From Psammoneis japonica (taxonomy: Eukaryota), in the NCBI GenBank assembly GCA_008632985.1, contig QPGO01000102.1, forward strand, positions 1 through 64,000: a stretch of DNA of 64,000 nucleotides, in the 5' to 3' direction. The notes below the pieces were generated by a model that saw only the letters and a program-made list of their open reading frames with translations, did no database searches and was not told where the DNA came from. Positions within the stretch are counted from its first letter, which is position 1; every line of letters starts with the position of its first letter. Made by a program: the position numbers and the translations under genes. Of the stretch, positions 60,916-64,000 are shown piece by piece.

Positions 60916-63641
60916 CTACCTCCATACTAGGCGTTCAATCGTGCCGCCAAAGATATCAGCGCAATACATGTAACCATCAGGCCCCTGCCAGAAGTCAACC
61001 AAAAACTTATTGGTGGTATCCGAAAGCTCTCGTACTCCTATGAGAGCGCCGCTTCTATCAAAGTTTGCCTCTCGGATGATCTGATCACCAATATCTGTAA
61101 ATAGCAACCTTCCATTCATTTCTGCGGGGTAGACTGGAGAGTTTTTAATGAATTCTCCCATGATAATGGCAGTCCCGCCGTCAGAATGGGATCGTGCCCA
61201 CACAGGTGCCGTCACATCAGGGTTAGCGTTGTAGAAATTCTTAATTCTTTGTATATCTTTGTACCCGCCTGTTGGAATATTGCTACCACCGCCGCCCTCG
61301 TATGCAGGCCACCCAAAGTTTGCCCCTTTGGGTCCATGATTCATTTCCTCCCATGTCACCCAGCCAACGTCGCCGATAAAGATTCCGCCGTCAGCTGGAT
61401 TTATGGCAAATCGGTACGGATTACGAAGGCCAAGCATCCAGACTTTCGACCTGTCACTTGTAGGGTCCCCGTCGTAGTATGGGTTATCTGGGAGACCGTG
61501 TCCAGTGGAAGGATCGATTCGAAGGATCTTGCCAGCGAGGCTGTCTAACTGCAAGGACCGATAGTTGATGATATCAACGCGTCCGTAGGAGCCTCCATCC
61601 CCCGTTGAGCAATAAAGCATGCCGTCGAGACCAAATTCTAGGTCGCCGATGGTGTGGCTATCCTCGTCGGCGGGAAGGCAGTCTTGGATAGGGTTATCAA
61701 GAGTACCACATGAATGGGGATCATTGAGAGCTGGCTTTCTGTCGGGAGTTCCAATGTTGGCGAAAACGCTGTTCTTGCCGACCAGGATGACTTCGGTGTT
61801 GCGATTTACAAAGGTCCCCTGCCGATTAGCTTGGAAGCGGGAAATTCGAGACACGCGTGCTCCAATTCCGTCCGGACCACCCGCTCCGGTCCTCCCTGGT
61901 CGTGATATTTCGGGAGGATCATAAGTGTAGGCAACGTAGATGAAACGGTTGTTTTCATAGTTAGGGTCGACCACGAAGCCCAACATCCCCCGATCTTTTG
62001 TGTTTCCGTTGACAATGTCCTCAATATCGAGGAACACGCTCCGCTCCCCGTTTGGTAGAATCAGCTGTATCCTTCCGATCTTTTCAGATACAAGCATTTT
62101 CCCGTCTATCAGCTCTACGAAACCATTGGGAGTAACAAATCCCCCCGAAAGGAAGGTTTCGGGAACTAGCTGCCCTTTCCCACTCACGTCGGGAGCTCGA
62201 GGCAAGATACCGCCGTCGATAAGTTCTGGGATTTCGTTGGCCGTAAGAGCCCGATTATAGATTCGTACCTCGTCGATGTGACCTTCGAAAAAGTTGTCGA
62301 CATATCCGATGTTGACCTGATTATGTGGAAAGGGCTTAAGATTGCGAAAGGAGTCAGTTGAGATGACCTCTCGACCATTGACGTAAATGGTGAACGTAAC
62401 ACCGTCGAACGTCACGGCAATGTGATTCCACTCGTTCAACCTCAAAACTGGAACTGTGGTTACAGCGTTCCAGTTGGTTCCGTCTCCGAAACCTGCTTGG
62501 ATCTTATCCTTTTCGAAGACATATATAGACGGGTATCGAGCAATGGCGCTTCTAAAATCCTCAAACCCGATGATCCCGTGATAATTCCTATCCGTGGACT
62601 TTGGTTTTATCCACAGAGACTGACTGTACGGTCCAGCACTTAGGTCAAGACCAGGACCACTGACAGTAACGTAGTCATCGATACCGTCAAAAAACATGCT
62701 TTGTTTATTTTTCACAGTCTGGAACTTCGGTCGAGCGGGGGACTTGCGCGGAAAGCTGATACGAGTGCCAGCGTTCCTATTCTCGCTCGAATCCTCCACT
62801 ACGTCGTTGGAAGGTTGCTCGAATTTCCAGAACCCAACCAAATCAGGCCCTGACTCATCATCGGTGATCGTTATTTCGGCGGTACGTGGCACGCCAAGCT
62901 CCGCACCAAGAACTCCGAAAAGTGAGACGGAAAACTTTTCAACGTCCTCCTTTTCATTGTCGTTGATGAGAGGAACAACAATCTGACCGGTAGTTTGGCC
63001 GTTGGAGAAGACAACCTGGCCATCATCCTGAGGAACATAGTCAACCCCTGCGGTCGCCGTACCAACCCCAGCGGCAGTTTGGTAACGAACTACAGCCTCC
63101 CCAAAACTGCCTCCGGTGCGGACCAGATCAATCAGTACTTGGCCATCCGATTCCTTGACAGTCACCGAGTTTATGCGTAGGGCAATTCTCCCCGGGTTTG
63201 AACCCTCTTGACACTTTCTGCATTTTCCTTTAGGTCGATCGCACCTGCACACGCCGCAATCGGAATGCTTCCTGCACTCGTTAAACTTTGGAGCACACAT
63301 ACGAATCTTTTTCTTTACTAATCTTTTGCAGAAGAATCCATCAGAACAGTCGGCATGCTTCTGGCACTCCTCATGGTTAAGGTTCCTGTTTTTGTCGATC
63401 ATCGGAATCGACTCCTGTAAAAACAATGTTTGGCGAACGCATGAGCAAACCAACGGAATCACAAGTCGAAATACGTTTTCTCCGCATAAAAGCAGCTGCG
63501 AAAGAAAGGGAGGGAGTAGGTTACCTTTCGAAGGTACCGCGTTTCGTCAACCACGGTCGCATTTTCTGTCGCATCGACAATGACGGTGAGAACAGCCATT
63601 AGAAGCATGCTGATGTCCAGGAGAAAAAAATATGAGCGCAT
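60916..63641 (-). CDS. Secreted Cys-rich + Calx-beta + LamG + glucose/sorbosone dehydrogenase protein, copy 2 (intact)
   Basis: Exon 63641-63525 (signal peptide) and intron 63524-63415. Calx-beta TATAGVDY...AEITITDDE; LamG WNHIAVTFDG..FEGHIDEVRIYNRAL; GSDH SHTIGDLEFGLDGMLY..GKILRIDP..GLRNPYRF. Confidence 0.9.
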
Positions 63642-64000
63642 CTTGTTGGCGTTCGCGGGTTCGCTGGAGAAGATAACGTTGGGTATCGGTGATACAGATG
63701 GGTCGATCGGATTTTTGTGATATAAAAGGAAAAGACTTTTGGTGCACAAATGAGAAGCGTTCCACTTTTTCAGCTGCGTTGTGTGATCATCTTCTGATCT
63801 TAGGATTGGATCTTTAGCTTGTTTAAGCCAATGAAAATCTATTGCCCCACAATAATTTTGCTGCGCATTTAACAATTGAATGTCGTTTAAGGCGCCCCAG
63901 TCAGATCATCTGCCCTGCCTTTTGTCATTCTACTTATGGATCATAGTACCAACATTTAAGCCTTGCTTTGTTTAACGGAATGACTCATCCAGCTTTTCTG

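Overview
Eukaryotic genomic DNA, most likely a pennate diatom. This is inferred from short GT-AG introns, a type III metacaspase, CoDi-type Ty1/Copia elements and a signal-peptide/AF plastid-type presequence. Gene-rich blocks encode a cNMP-dependent kinase, a MATH-BTB protein, a GDP-glucose phosphorylase-like protein, a HET-Kelch protein, a dienelactone hydrolase, a metacaspase, a sulfite oxidase, a sulfotransferase-like protein, a bZIP factor, a mitochondrial phosphate carrier and two Calx-beta/LamG/GSDH paralogs. These blocks alternate with repeat blocks. There are two complete Copia LTR retrotransposons with target-site duplications (19959-27069 and 37163-43741); the second interrupts the sulfite oxidase gene. 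The main observation is a domain-restricted hypermutation signature, TpA -> TpG or CpA (A:T->G:C at TpA on both strands), which is opposite in direction to fungal RIP. It accounts for most differences between paired LTRs. It converts conserved Tyr to Cys or His throughout both retroelements (including RT YVDD->CVDD) and degrades a host amine oxidase copy. It precedes CpG decay, has sharp borders, and spares a close tandem gene duplicate. The two Copia elements also have primer-binding sites matching internal tRNA fragments, and one has an in-frame UGA between gag and pol. All alignments and counts were done by eye; no searches were run.
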